64,000 bases of DNA from Eledone cirrhosa. Taxonomy: Eukaryota. The translations under genes were made by a program, and so were the position numbers. The number at the start of each line of letters is the position of its first letter. Positions within the stretch are counted from its first letter, which is position 1. Shown piece by piece: positions 29,232-42,668 of this stretch. Where the stretch lies: positions 275,652,001-275,716,000 of the forward strand of contig OZ024742.1 of assembly GCA_964016885.1 (NCBI GenBank), read 5' to 3'. Under the pieces are notes generated by a model, which saw nothing but the letters and a program-made list of their open reading frames with translations, was not told where the DNA came from and made no database searches.

Positions 29232-31634
29232 ATGGATTATTACAACATAACCAATTCAACTAAAGACATTCCTATACCTGGTAAATCTGAATTCACCAAA
29301 CTTCTTATTGAAAAAACTGACTCCTTCGTAAGAAGACTTAGATGGACAGCCTATTTCTATGACCAGCGCCTAAAAGGGAACTTCCATACCTAAGAACATA
29401 ACTTCCTCGATCATCTATTTAATTCTAGACGAAATCCTCCTTCCAACAAAAATCTAGTACAATTCGAGGAAGAATTAACTAAAATAATAAAAAATCTTAA
29501 ATTCAAGAGATACCCTTACAAAGGACAAGAGCACCTTGTAAATCTCAAGAACACAATTTCTAACCTAAATTCCTCAAAAAATGTTTTAGTCCACTCTGAC
29601 AAAACCAATAACTTATATGGTATTTCCAAGGATAATTATAACAACCTTATCCTAAAGGAACTTAGGAAAAAGTATCGTAAAACCAACCATGAAAATTTAG
29701 AATACATAAACCTTGAAGCCTCTGAGATTATGTCAAAACTTGGCATTGAAAAAAAGACCGAACCATTCCTCCCAAGAACTCCGAGGATAAATCTCAAGGA
29801 TCACAAAAACAATTTTCGCACTGAACTACCTGTTAGATTAATCGCCCCCTCTAAATCTGATCTGGGGGTTGTTAGTAAAGCCATCTTGGATAGAATTATC
29901 CCACAGGTTAGTTCTAATTGCTCTTCTTTGAACCTAAATTTATGGTTTGGTACTTCTGAAGTGATTGGCTGGTTCAACAAATTGGATAATAAAAACAAAC
30001 TAAAATTTATTCAATTTGATATTGCCAGCTACTATTCCTCCATTTCGCCTTCACTTCTCAATAATGCTCTATCTTTCGCACTTAAATATTCTGACATCAC
30101 CACAGATGAACTTCACATCATCCTCACCGCACGTAAAACCATCCTAGAGTTCAACAACGAATATTGGACCAGAGCCGATACCTCTAACAACTTCGACATC
30201 ACAATGGGAGCATCCGATTCATCCCAATTGACTGATTTAATTGGTATCTTTATTTTGAACTCTTTGAGTCGGAAAATTCCTCAACTTCGCGGTGGAATTT
30301 ATCGTGACGATGGACTCTTTACTATCTTAAATTGCAATATAGTTAACCTTAATATTATTAAGAACAATATACGTAATCTCTTTAACCAACATAACCTAAA
30401 AATTGAATTTGATAATAGTATCAAACTAGCTAATTTCTTGGATGTATCTCTTAATCTTGACACTGGCCTATATTACCCTTACCATAAAAACAATGAGAAC
30501 CTAAATTATATTAACTTTAAATCTAACCATCCTACCAATATCAAGAATGCTATAGTTAGTAATATTGGAAAAAGAATATCTAACATATCTTCTAATAAAA
30601 ACATCTTTGATGCTAACGCCAATTACTATAATAACGCACTTTCTAAAGCTGGCTATCCAGATAAAATCAAATATAGTAAAGAAACAAATTCTAGAAAAAC
30701 TTACAGTAGAATAATTAATCATGATCATTCCAATAATTTTAATAAAAGACCTAGATACAAAAACATAATCTGGTATAATGCTCCTTTCTCCATCTCTATT
30801 AATAACAATATTCCTAAATTATTTTTTAGTGCCTTAAATAAATGCTTCCCTCCCTCACATATCTATAGTAAAATATTTAACAAACACACCATCAAATTTT
30901 CGTATTCTACATCCTCCAATATTTCCAACATCATCTCTAAACACAACAATAAAATACTAAATACTAAATCTCTTCCTTCCAACATTGAATTTCATAATAA
31001 CAGCAATAGTACTCCAGACGTCATTGTAAACCCTAGGCTAACTTCTGTAAACCCAAATACAACGTCAAACACAACTTCGCTAAATGTTCATAATCCAACT
31101 CTAAATCAAGAAACTATTATTCCTATTATTCCTATCGCAAACAACTTCTCCAATCCAATTCCTTCTATAGATAACACTAGGTCACTCATTAATAATCTCT
31201 CTAATTGCAACTGCCGCATTAAAAATAAATGTCCTCTCAACAACCATTGTCTTGATAAAAACTTAATTTATGAATGTAAAGTAATAACTAGCACCAATTC
31301 CTTCACCTATTTTGGCTCCACTTCCACCTCTTTTAAAGCTCGTCTCTATAATCACCATTCATCTTTCAAATACAAACTTAAAAGAACCAACACGGCTCTC
31401 TCAGAACTCATATGGTCCTTGAAAGACAAAAACATTAAATATACCATCTTTTGGAAGAAGGTTTCTTCTGCATCCTCATACTTGAACAGCTCTCTATCTA
31501 AAATCTGTAATCTCTGCCTAAATGAAAAATTTACCATTATCTCTAATCTAGATTCTATAATAAATAGACGTACAGATTTGTTTTCTATCTGCCTGCATAA
31601 ATTCCATAGGACTTTTCACAAAGTATACAGTTAA
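29232..31634 (+). CDS. PLE polyprotein (RT + C-terminal GIY-YIG), 800 codons with one internal TAA at 29391-29393
   Basis: ATG 29232 (MDYYNITNSTKDIPIP...FVRRLRWTAYFY) is in frame with ORF 29730-31634; I translated 29394-29729 and found it open. Motifs: QFDIASYYSSI, ITMGASDS, GIYRDDGL, FLDVSL, SNHP, CNCRIKNKCPL, LIYEC, YFGST, CNLCLNEK. Confidence 0.9.
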
Positions 31635-32715
31635 TATTCAATTCTTTATCAATTTAGAATCTTTTCTCAAAGGCACATATACATACACCTCTTTAAAATA
31701 TACCCATCTTCCTACCTTACTTTAAAGGGCATTATACACTCTATAATACTTGTTTACTCATTACCCTCTTTCTATCTTCACCTTGTAAAATCCTTCATAA
31801 CATATACATTTGTTTTTTTGACGTTAGAATATTCATCCGCAATTATTATTATTTTTTCTCTCTATCATAAAACTTTTCAATCTCAATTTCATCCTTAATT
31901 TATTATTTTTTTATTATTATTTTTTTCTCCTCATCAACGAACTCATTCTTAATACATATTAACTCGTTCTTCGCACATATTATCAATTCCTTCAATATAC
32001 AAACTTTAACTTCACATTATTTTTCTCAAATCCTTCTACACACAAACCTTAATAATTTTTTTTCTCTTCGTTAATTTTGAAATTGCCACAATACTTATCA
32101 ACATACACCTTTTTCACGTTAGAATATTCATCCACAATTATTATTTTTTTCTCTCTATCTTCATACATAAACTCCCTCTCTTTCCTCGCAAATATTTTTC
32201 CCTTCGCTAATTTTCAAATTCTTTTAATTTATACATTATCTTCCAGCGGTTCTCAACCTCTCTATATAAAACAATATATCTTTTCTCAGTTATAAAAACT
32301 ATCTCTTTCTCTCTATCACCCATCTCTGCCTCTCCACCTTCACTCTCATCTCCTCCCCCTTTTTTCATCCTTTCCACCACCCCCCACCCCCTCCCTAAAT
32401 AAAATATTTTTTCCTCGTACATATCTTTCCCTTCGCTAATTTTCAAATTCTTTTAATTTATACATTATCTTCCAACGGTTTTCAACCTCTCTATGTAAAA
32501 CAATATATCTTCTCTCAGTTATAAAAACTATCTCTTTCTCTCTATCACCCATCTCTCCCTCTCATCTCCTTCCCTTTTTCACCCCCTCCCCCCCCCCCCT
32601 CTCTAAATAAAATATTTTTCCCAATATCACACATCAATCTAAAACCACTTTTCATATGTTGATTTAAAACTGCACTATCCACAAGTGTTTTTTAGCCTTC
32701 ATATCATGTTCTCCT

Positions 32716-32784
32716 GTTTTATCTGATGAAAACACAAATATTATTGCATGATGATGTTTGTTTTTGAAATGCGCATAATAAAAT
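32716..32784 (+). ncRNA. Type I hammerhead ribozyme in the 3' pLTR
   Basis: Identical to 28961-29029. Confidence 0.88.
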
Positions 32785-32909
32785 ACATGGAACTCCTTTA
32801 ACCATCTTTTGATCTTATATTATGTATACTCCAATCCTACAAACTGTAGAGTGCTTCTTATCCGATATCTGCATTGCTTTATTGTACTACAATAAAACTC
32901 ACCTCCTAC

Positions 32910-32945
<36 letters not shown>

Positions 32946-32952
32946 ATATATT

Positions 32953-32993
<41 letters not shown>

Positions 32994-32997
<4 letters not shown>

Positions 32998-33908
32998 ATA
33001 CATTAACAGAGAAAGCTTTAAGCAATACTCTGACCAGCTTCCATCTCACTCAACAAACATTAGAATATACCTTAGTATAATCCCAATTTTACGTTTGGGG
33101 TGCTAACTATATGTATTTTGCGGATAGCCAGTTGTATTATTTTATATGAGACATAATTAAAATACATCTCCCTTTCCAAACAATTGTTTCATTATAAGTT
33201 TTCTACAAGTTGGGAACATGTGTCCAGGTTATGTAGAAGCCTACACATAGTCCGTAGGAATATATGCAGGTGGGCACTTATAAATCAACAGTGGATGTCC
33301 GTCAAACATCGATATAAAAAAAATCTTCTTACCGATATCCAATGTTCAGCGACGGTCCCCTTCCGTGTTAGAATGACCGCCAAATTTGAAATTCCAGCAG
33401 TCTCAGAATGATAAATTTCACACTGTCATCAAGCGGAAAGGGAAGGTCATCGCAAAACACAAGAAAAGAAAATAATATGCACGCGGGTCAATTAATTCTT
33501 TCAATAATTTTAACCTTGTGTGTGAAGAACTCAATTAGATTTTAAAAAATAAATATATGCATGTATTATTTATACACGTATATAGGTATTTTCTTAGGCT
33601 AAAAACAGAGATAAGATACCAGAATAAAAATCAATATTTCATACAAATAATAAATACGGAAAGTTACACTTAAAAGGTATCTGGAAATATTCATCTCTGG
33701 CCAAATCAAGAGTATAATATTTAATACATTAACAGAGAAAGCTTTAAGCAATACTCTGACCAGCTTCCATCTCACTCAACAAACATTAGGATATACCTTA
33801 GTATAATCCCAATTTTACGTTTGGGGTGCTAACTATATGTATTTTGCGGATAGCCAGTTGTATTATTTTATATGAGACATAATTAAAATACATCTCCCTT
33901 TCCAAACA
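32994..33908. mobile_element. ~915-bp non-coding element with ~190-bp direct terminal repeats, flanked by (TA)n
   Basis: tttaatacattaacagagaaagc...ccctttccaaacaa at 32994-33183 and 33720-33908, near-identical. Confidence 0.7.
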
Positions 33909-34710
<802 letters not shown>

Positions 34711-34816
34711 GTTTGGTTGACAATTATACTAATGTGCACAGACACAGATATATTGTCCTTGGTATGACAGTGTCGTTTTACCTCAATGTAGGATAACTAG
34801 TACACTACAGAGCCGT

Positions 34817-35860
34817 TAATATTGAATATTGGTGCTCTTCAGGTGAGAGATGTAACTAGTTAGGGACGTGGTATTCTTAAGTCTATCATGACTAAACGTA
34901 TAACTATGGGAGTTGTACCTAATCTTAAAGGAGGTCGATGTAGATCCTATATATGTTTTGGAAGAGGTCCGAGTTGTAACTCCACAAGCGTAGATAATAT
35001 TGTTTATAAGGGATAACCCCTTCAGGGGGCACTCCGCCTTTCGTATACAGTTACAGTTGCGGTGTATGTTATTATTAACTCCCATCGTTATACGTTTTGA
35101 CATGATAGACTTAAGAATACCACGTCCCTATATAGTTACATCTCTCACCTGAAGAGCACCAATATTCAATACATGCTTAATTGGATAGTTATCACTAAAT
35201 CATTGCCGTACAGACCCCCTAGCAAGACTTGTAACCTTTGTCTCTCTGAGTCACACGCCATATTATACTCGAAACTGAACCTGTTAAAAAGGAAATCAGA
35301 GATATTCTCCTCTTACCCGCACATAAATCTTAGCTCCTTCTGTTACTTTAGACCGATTAGCTAACGCTGTAGGACATGCGTAAAACCACGCCACCCATAA
35401 TCGTAATTCCTCTGTAACCATAACTGGAAAATGTAGGCTCACATTACCCATTAGATAACCATATACGACACAAAACCCTCCTATAGCAAACTTGTACGAC
35501 ATGACCTGCTTCGGCACCTCATGCTTTGTTTGTTTTTTGATCATGCTAAGTAACACCCTCATTCATTTCTTGCTCTCCTCTCTCAACTCCCTTATGATCT
35601 ATTGCACCATTTATGTGATAAACTTTTGACGTAATTTTTTATGATGTAAATTTTTTTATGATGTAATTTTTTGTGACATTAAATGTATTATGTATTGTGT
35701 GCCCCCCTACTTCTCCTTCCTTGTTCTGGTGACTAGGCTCGATGGAGCCTGCAACCTTTGATATACTTTTGTTTATAGGCTCTGTTTATAGGGTATTGAT
35801 GAAACAATGTGAGCAAATAAAACAATGTATTTCTAAGCACTCTTTGGTTATTCCTAAACT
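34817..35860. mobile_element. PLE 3' fragment with internal inversion: GIY-YIG N-part on minus (34817-35103), C-part and 3'UTR on plus (35105-35860)
   Basis: CNCIRKAECPL...IIYAC...YIGST...FKIRYNSH (minus) and TCNLCLSE...LLKRKSEIFS (plus). 34817-34885 is the revcomp of ~35100-35170. Confidence 0.8.
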
Positions 35861-35963
35861 TACATATATATATATATATAAGTTATTCCGGGTTTAATCA
35901 GAAGTAACCACAGTAAGTAAGGTACTCAATACATAGCAGAGTATAAAAGTTTTAATATAGAAG

Positions 35964-36008
35964 AGCTTCTACAGGACTAGAACTGTTTCATTCGTGAGAA
36001 ATCATCAG
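35964..36008 (-). ncRNA. 5'-truncated hammerhead (family of 25902-25952)
   Basis: Revcomp: CTGATGA-tttc tcac gaat-GAAA-cag ttctagtc ctg-TA-gaagct. The 5' strand of stem I is lost at the junction with (TA)n. Confidence 0.6.
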
Positions 36009-36009
36009 C

Positions 36010-36080
<71 letters not shown>

Positions 36081-36145
36081 CAAACGGAACCTGAACCGTT
36101 AAGATCTGATTCCTGGGTATGTCACTATTTATAAAACAAATTTTG

Positions 36146-36205
36146 TATTTTATCTGATGAGTGCGTACCAAATTTTGGTACCCTTGAAATATATATAATA
36201 GAATA
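36146..36205 (+). ncRNA. Type I hammerhead ribozyme
   Basis: tattttat-CTGATGA-gtgc gtaccaa att ttggtac cctt-GAAA-tatata-TA-atagaata. 8-bp stem I; palindromic stem III. Confidence 0.82.
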
Positions 36206-36803
36206 AATATGGTTTTATAAATACAGTTTCCATTCATTAATATCATTGATATATATATATACGAGGTAACAATTTATTGTTATAGGTAGTCCACTTAAGT
36301 GTAGTCCAGTTATGGTACTCCGGGTAGTGGATGATATCAACGCTTGGCTAAGTTTGACTCAACAAGGCGTTTCCATAGTGATGTTGCGAGTACGCTGTAA
36401 TTCCTATGTTGTAAACACTTGGAGTAATGATAAATCAGGAAAGAAGAGTGACACGGTTTGCTATACAAAAAAATTTTTTAATCTCATTGCTGACAATTGT
36501 TTCTCTGAACTGGTAGGTCTAGAGATCGCTGCCCGCTTGTTTTCACGTTATTCGATCACCAATACAAAGTTATAACCAGTCAATTCATCGGAGCTTGTGA
36601 GAATGAAAAGAATATACAGGCATGGCTACTATATATAGTAGTAATGGCATTCAATCATAACAATAACAACAATACTAACAATGCTAGCAATAAATTATTT
36701 GAAATAATGATAACATCAATCTAGGTGGGAAGTATAGTATATCTACGATTTTAGCGTGTAAAACTAGCTGACATGAGGCAGATGTATAAAATTGACATTC
36801 CTG

Positions 36804-36871
<68 letters not shown>

Positions 36872-36886
36872 TAAATAACAGATTAA

Positions 36887-36937
36887 AGTTTAAGCAAAGA
36901 ATCGCTGCTTTCACCCTTAACGGGATCTTCTGAAACT
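36887..36937 (-). ncRNA. Hammerhead-like motif with CAGAAGA core (inverted copy)
   Basis: Reverse complement of 37662-37712. Confidence 0.6.
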
Positions 36938-37661
36938 AACAAAGACAGTGAGTATGCAGGTTCGTACGTATGGTGGGTGTGTGTATATGTGTACTTCTTG
37001 TTTTAGTTGACTTACGTCTCCGAACATTCGTGTATTTATATGTGGGTATGTGTGTGTGCGCTTGTTATATACGTATTTATTTACTTATATACGTTTATAT
37101 AATTATTTATTTATTTGTACACAAGCATACACACACACACACATATTTATTTGTGCGTGGTTTTGTATACCTATGGTAAGGTTTTGCGTATGCTTGTGTA
37201 TGTACGTATTTGTTTGCGTGTACGTATTTATTTATTTCTATTACTTCTGTATTGTATTTATTTACTTTGTTCTTAACTCTGTAGCGGAGATTCATTTGGT
37301 CTCCTAATTAGAATTTTAGTCTACGACTTCTGCTATACCATTTACGTGGTTTTGTTTTTGCGTGCTATTGTTCTCTACGCTCCACATATGACTTATTATC
37401 TTCGTTTTTTCGTTCATTGCCAGAGAACGTCTCTATGCACCACCTAAGAGAACATTAGTCTACGACCTCTTTTATACCATAAACGTGGTTCTGTCTTTGC
37501 GCGTAATTGTTTTTCACCGCTCCTATTAATGACGTATTATTCGTTTTTTCCCGTTCTTTGCCAGCGAACGTTACCACGAACCAAAGTATCGTCTTCCTGT
37601 CTTCCTCCGGTTGCAACGTTTTTTGAAATATCCAGTTCTGCGTTTACAGATTGACTTTGTT

Positions 37662-37712
37662 AGTTTCAGAAGATCCCGTTAAGGGTGAAAGCAGCGATTC
37701 TTTGCTTAAACT
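37662..37712 (+). ncRNA. Hammerhead-like motif with variant CAGAAGA core
   Basis: agttt-CAGAAGA-tccc gttaa gggt-GAAA-gca gcgattctt tgc-TT-aaact. All three stems pair. Confidence 0.6.
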
Positions 37713-38124
37713 TTAATCTGTTATTTAATAAATATTTGCTCTACGGTTCTTATATATTTGATATATATTTATCCTTATCGAGCCCTCTTTGGATTTTAGT
37801 CTTCAATTTTATTATTATTACTATATATATATATATATATATTTATATATCTATCTATCTATCTAAGGCGGGTAAAATTCCCGAGATCCATGGACGAGTT
37901 CTCTCCAGCGGTCTCTGTCCCTCATTATCGCTGCCATATCCTGCATCTCCAACAGACCAGTGTCCGTCCTTAGGGCATCAACATATGTTAACCTTGGTCT
38001 TCCTCTTCTAATGTGTCCATGTAGGGGATGATGTCAGTGATGGTGGTGGTGGTGGATGATGCCAGTGATGGTGGTGATGGTGGTGGATGGTGTCAGTAAT
38101 GGTGATGGTGGTGGTGATGTAGTG

Positions 38125-38380
38125 GAGTCTGTGCTGCTGTGTGGGTCTGAGACTTGGACACTGACCAAGAGACTCACTCAGTGGATGGTGCAAGAGACTC
38201 ACTCAGATGGTGGATGGGTGCTACACGAGAATGCTGAGGATGGCTCTGAACATTAATCAGTATACACTGAGGATGAAAAACTCAGAGCTGTATGGAAGCA
38301 TCCCAAAAGTCAGCTCAAAAGTGACACAGAGAAGACTGAGGTTGGCTGGACATGCTCACCGACATCCAGAGTTGACATTG
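38125..38380 (+). mobile_element. Short RTE-like LINE 3' fragment
   Basis: VESVLLCGSETWTLT...DGCYTRMLRMALNI...RRLRLAGHAHRHPE. Confidence 0.65.
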
Positions 38381-38821
38381 CATATTTATATATATATATT
38401 GTTATACTTTGGGAGGGTCATGTTGCCAATAAGTATAACAATATCGGTTTCAACACACGATTTCAGATAAAGAATCTTGCTAAACAAATTCAGAAACGAA
38501 ATATATATATATATATATATATATTAATGAATGGAAACCATATTTATAAAACCATATTTATTCTATTATATATATTTCAAGGGTACCATTATATATATTT
38601 CAAGGGTACTATTATATATATTTCAAGGGTACCAAAATCCACCACCTTCATCACCACCACCATCACCATTACTGACACCATCCACCACCATCACCACCAT
38701 CACTGGCACCATCCACCACCACCACCATCACCATCACTGACATCATCCACCACCATCACCGTCACTGACACCATCCACCATCACCACAATCACCACCGAT
38801 CAGGCCTTAAAAACAACTATA

Positions 38822-38980
38822 ATAATAATTGTTTCTACTTTTGGCACAAGGCCAGCAATTACCCAATGCATTACTGGTACTTTATTCTATCGACCCCGGC
38901 AGGATGAAAGGCAAAGTTAACCTCGGCGGGATTTGAACTCAGATCATACAGGGAGGTAACTCTATGCTTCAAAGCATGGA
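38822..38980 (-). mobile_element. SINE copy
   Basis: Revcomp of the family consensus. Confidence 0.8.
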
Positions 38981-39230
38981 GCTACCTCCCTGTATGATCT
39001 GAGTTCAAACAACTATAATAATAATAATACTAAATAACTATTCTGTTCTTGGCACAAGGCAGCGATTGTCCCAGCGCATTGCTGGTGCCTTTTTTTTGGG
39101 GGGGGGGCTTAGAATGGAGAGCCGTTGCTCTTTGCTGTAAAACAAACAATTATTATTGTTATATAGAAACTGTACCTGACTGGAAAAGTCAACAGTTGAC
39201 ATGATTTTGATTTTGTATCAGTACTGACGG

Positions 39231-39299
<69 letters not shown>

Positions 39300-39399
39300 T
39301 GTGTGTGAGTGGTGTGAGTGTTTGTATACATGAGTGTTGGTGTGTGAGTGACGTGTGTGTGTATGCGTGAGTGTCAATAAGTGTGTTTTGGGGGTTTTT

Positions 39400-42300
39400 T
39401 ATGACCATGCTGTAAAATGGAGGGGTAGAGAGGGCCCTTGAGTCTAGTAAGACATTCTCTCTAGTGCTGGTAGCATAAATAAAAGAACCCAGTCCATGCT
39501 GTAAAGTGGCACTGGTGTTAGGAACGGCATCCAACCAGTGTATCAGTGCCAAAACGATTATCAGCACAGCAACAAGTAAGACAGGAACAACAAAATATGA
39601 AGACGTCGCATCTCAGAGTTGCAACACTTAATGTTGGCACTCTCAGAGGTAGATCTGCTGAAATAGCGGAGATGCTGGAGAGAAGGCATGTGGATGTGTG
39701 CTGCGTGCAAGAGGTGAGATGGAGAGGTGCCTCTGCGAGACTAGTGGTAGGCAAACATCTTAGCTATAAGCTTTTCTGGGTAGGTAAGGATGATGGGTTA
39801 GGGGGAGTTGGCATTTTTCTGGCTGAGAGATGGATCAATAAGACAATAGAGGTAGTTTGAGTTAGTGATCGAATAATTAAGCTTAGATTAGTTGTAGGCA
39901 GGAGACTACTGACAATCATCTCTGCCTATGCTCCACAACCAGGCCCAGGCAAAGAAGAGAATGACTGCTTTTACGAGCAACTTTTACAAACAACCGCAAT
40001 GACAGAGGACGGAGACATCGTTATGCTAGGAGGGGACTTCAATCGTCATGTTGGACAGCTCCAGGATGGTTACACTGGGGTACATGGTGGGCACCGTTAT
40101 GGCTCAAGAAATGAAGAAGGAGTGAGACTTCTTGAATTTTGTGATGCAAGTACACTGACTATTTGCAACACTAACTTCCAGAAACCTGCCAACCACCTAA
40201 TAACCTACAAATCTGGCAAGCACATAAGCCAGATTGACTTCTTACTAATTAGGCAGAGGGACAGGCAGATAGTGTCTAATACCAAGGCATACCCTGGGGA
40301 AGAATGTACCCCCACAGCATAGGTTAGTCGTTAGTGATATCTCAGTAAGCAAGAGATGGAATGAGACATACAGGAAGGTGTGGAGAAGAAAGGTCTGGAA
40401 GCTAAAAGACCTTTCACTAAAATACAAATTGAGGAAAGCCCTTCAAGATGTGTATGACGAAAAAGAAGACGATTTAGAGACGTATGACATAGATAATAAC
40501 TGGAATTTCTTACGTGACAACTTACTGCAGGCTACTAATGAAACTTGTGGCTGGAGCAGAGCTCCAACCAGACAGAGAGTGACCTCGTGGAGGAACAGCA
40601 CAGTAAGATAAGACCATTAGAGACAAAAGACTAGCATGGAAGGCTTGGAAAAAGGGTGGGAGTAGAGAAGGATATACAGCCGCTAAGAGAGAAGCTAGAC
40701 ATCAGGTGTACTTAGCACACAGGGAGGCTGAGAGTAGGAGGTTTACCAATGTTCTGCGACGGGAAGATCAGAGGCGTGCGGTGTTCAACATTGCAAGGCA
40801 GTGTGTCAATGCAAATCAAGATGTTGTTGGAGATAAATGTGTCCGGAATGATGCCAGTGTACTTAGTGTCATGAATGATCAGAAAAAGGAGGCCTGGAAA
40901 TGTCATTATGAGAGACTGATGAATGTGGAGAGAATGGGAGAGAGAGAAATTACCCTCAGTAGATCCGACAGAGGGACCAGCTATTGAGATTGACGAATAT
41001 AGGGTCCAAGAGGCGATTAAGGAAATGAAAAATGGTAAGGCTGCTGAGATGGATAGTTGCTGAGATGCTGAAGGCACTAAACTGATTGCACGCATCATCA
41101 ATCAGGCTATATATGGTGGTGTCATACCCAAAGACTGGTGCAGCAGTATTCTCATAAATTGCTACAAAGGTAAACGGGATGTTCTGGAGAGGAGCATCTA
41201 TAGGGGTATAAAACTGATGGATCAGGTAATGAAAGTGGCAGAAGGATATTAGCACAACTAATTAGAGAAAGGGTCAAACTAGATGAGATGCAGTTTGGTT
41301 TTGTGCCTGGGAAGAGTACAACAGATGCCCTCTTCTTGGTGAGACAATTACAAGAGAGGTTCTTAGAGAAAAATAAGCCACTATACTTAGCCTTTGTTGA
41401 CCTAGAGAAAGCCTTTAATAGGGTACCCCGATCTGTCATCTGGTGGTCCCTAAGGAAACTAGGTGTTGAGGAATGGTTTGTGAGGACAGTGCAAACTTTG
41501 TACAGAAGTACTGTCAGTAAAGTCAGAGTAGGAATGGAGTTTAGTGAGGAATTCCAGGTACAAGTAGGAGTACATCAAGGTTCGGTCCTCAGCCCGCTCT
41601 TGTTCATTATAGTCCTCCAAGCCATAACAGAGGAGTTTAAGACTGGCTATCCATGGGAACTTCTCTATGCTGACGATCTGGTTCTTATAGCAGAATCAGT
41701 AGAGGAGCTAGAGAATAAATTCTGGCTGTGGAAACAGCAGTTGCAAGCAAAAGGACTGCAAGTGGACCTAGCTAAGACAAAAGTGTTGATGAGTAGAAAA
41801 GAGGACAAAACTCTGATTCCGTCAGGGAAATGGCCATGTTCGATATGCAGAAAAGGAACTGGCATAAATTCTATAAAATGCACACAATGCAGATCCTGGG
41901 TACACAAGAGATGTAGCGGGATAGCAGGCAAACTAACAGGTAGGGAGAAATACGTATGCAGTAGATGTACAGGGAAATTAGACAGTAGAAGTCGCATTAA
42001 TAGACACATTTTTCAAATGCAGGTGGGTGCTATAGAAGTAGTTGATAGCTTCCGGTACCTAGGAGATCAGATTAGCATGTGAGGGGTGTTCTAAGGCCAT
42101 AGTATCTAGAATAAGGACGGGTTGGAAGAAGTTTAGGGAGCTGCTTCCTCTGCTGATGAAGAAGGGTTTCTCCCTGCGTACGAAAGGCCGGTTATATGAT
42201 GCCTGTGTGAGGAGCGCGATGCTACATGGTAGTGAGACATGGGCAGCAACTGCAGAGGATATGCGACGGCTCGAGAGAAATGAGGCAAGCATACTCCGTT

Positions 42301-42652
42301 AGATGTGCAATGTCAATGTGCGTGAACGACCCAGCATGAATGCGTTGAGAGAGAAACTGTGTCTGAGAAGGATAGAATGTAGTGTGCGAGAGAGGAGACT
42401 GAGGTGGTATGGACATGTGATGTGCATGGAGGATGACCGATGGGTGAAGAAGTGCCAGGAAATGCCAGTTGAAGGAAGACGTGGTAGAGGTAGACCACGA
42501 AAAACATGGGCGGAGGTGGTGAGAACAGACCTCAGATCGCTGAAGCTCACGATAGAGATGACGAAGAACCGTGACAAGTGGAGAGATGCTGTGCTGAATA
42601 AGACCCATCCCAGCCTTGCAGGCAGGGAAAAGCAGACGTAAAATAATGATGA
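39400..42652 (+). mobile_element. Near full-length RTE-clade LINE (APE + RT), multiple stops/frameshifts, (TAA/TGA) tail
   Basis: LRVATLNVGTL...VCCVQEVRW, GGDFN, SQIDF, QFGFVPGKSTTDA, FVDLEKAF, GVHQGSVLSP, LYADDL, FRYLG, RRLRWYGHV, GRGRPRKTW. Confidence 0.93.
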
Positions 42653-42668
42653 TATATATATATATATA

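Larger units (their letters stand above)
27963..32911 (+). mobile_element. Nearly intact Penelope-like retroelement: inverted 3' copy (27963-28850), 5' pLTR (28850-29156), ORF, 3'UTR with 3' pLTR (32605-32911), inserted in (TA)n
   Basis: 27963-28850 is the revcomp of ~31915-32822; 28850-29156 is a direct copy of 32605-32911; (TA)n on both sides; RT+GIY-YIG ORF between. Confidence 0.95.

Noticed and set aside
29391-29393. Selenocysteine recoding of the PLE internal stop
   Set aside because: The codon is TAA, not TGA; a simple nonsense mutation is more likely.
35777-35823. Possible hammerhead (ggctctg...gaaacaatgtgagcaaataaa), resembling 1484-1538
   Set aside because: CUGANGA core and stem II are not recognisable; at most a deleted relic.
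38008-38907. Poly-His/Pro ORFs
   Set aside because: Derived from CAC/CAT simple repeats.
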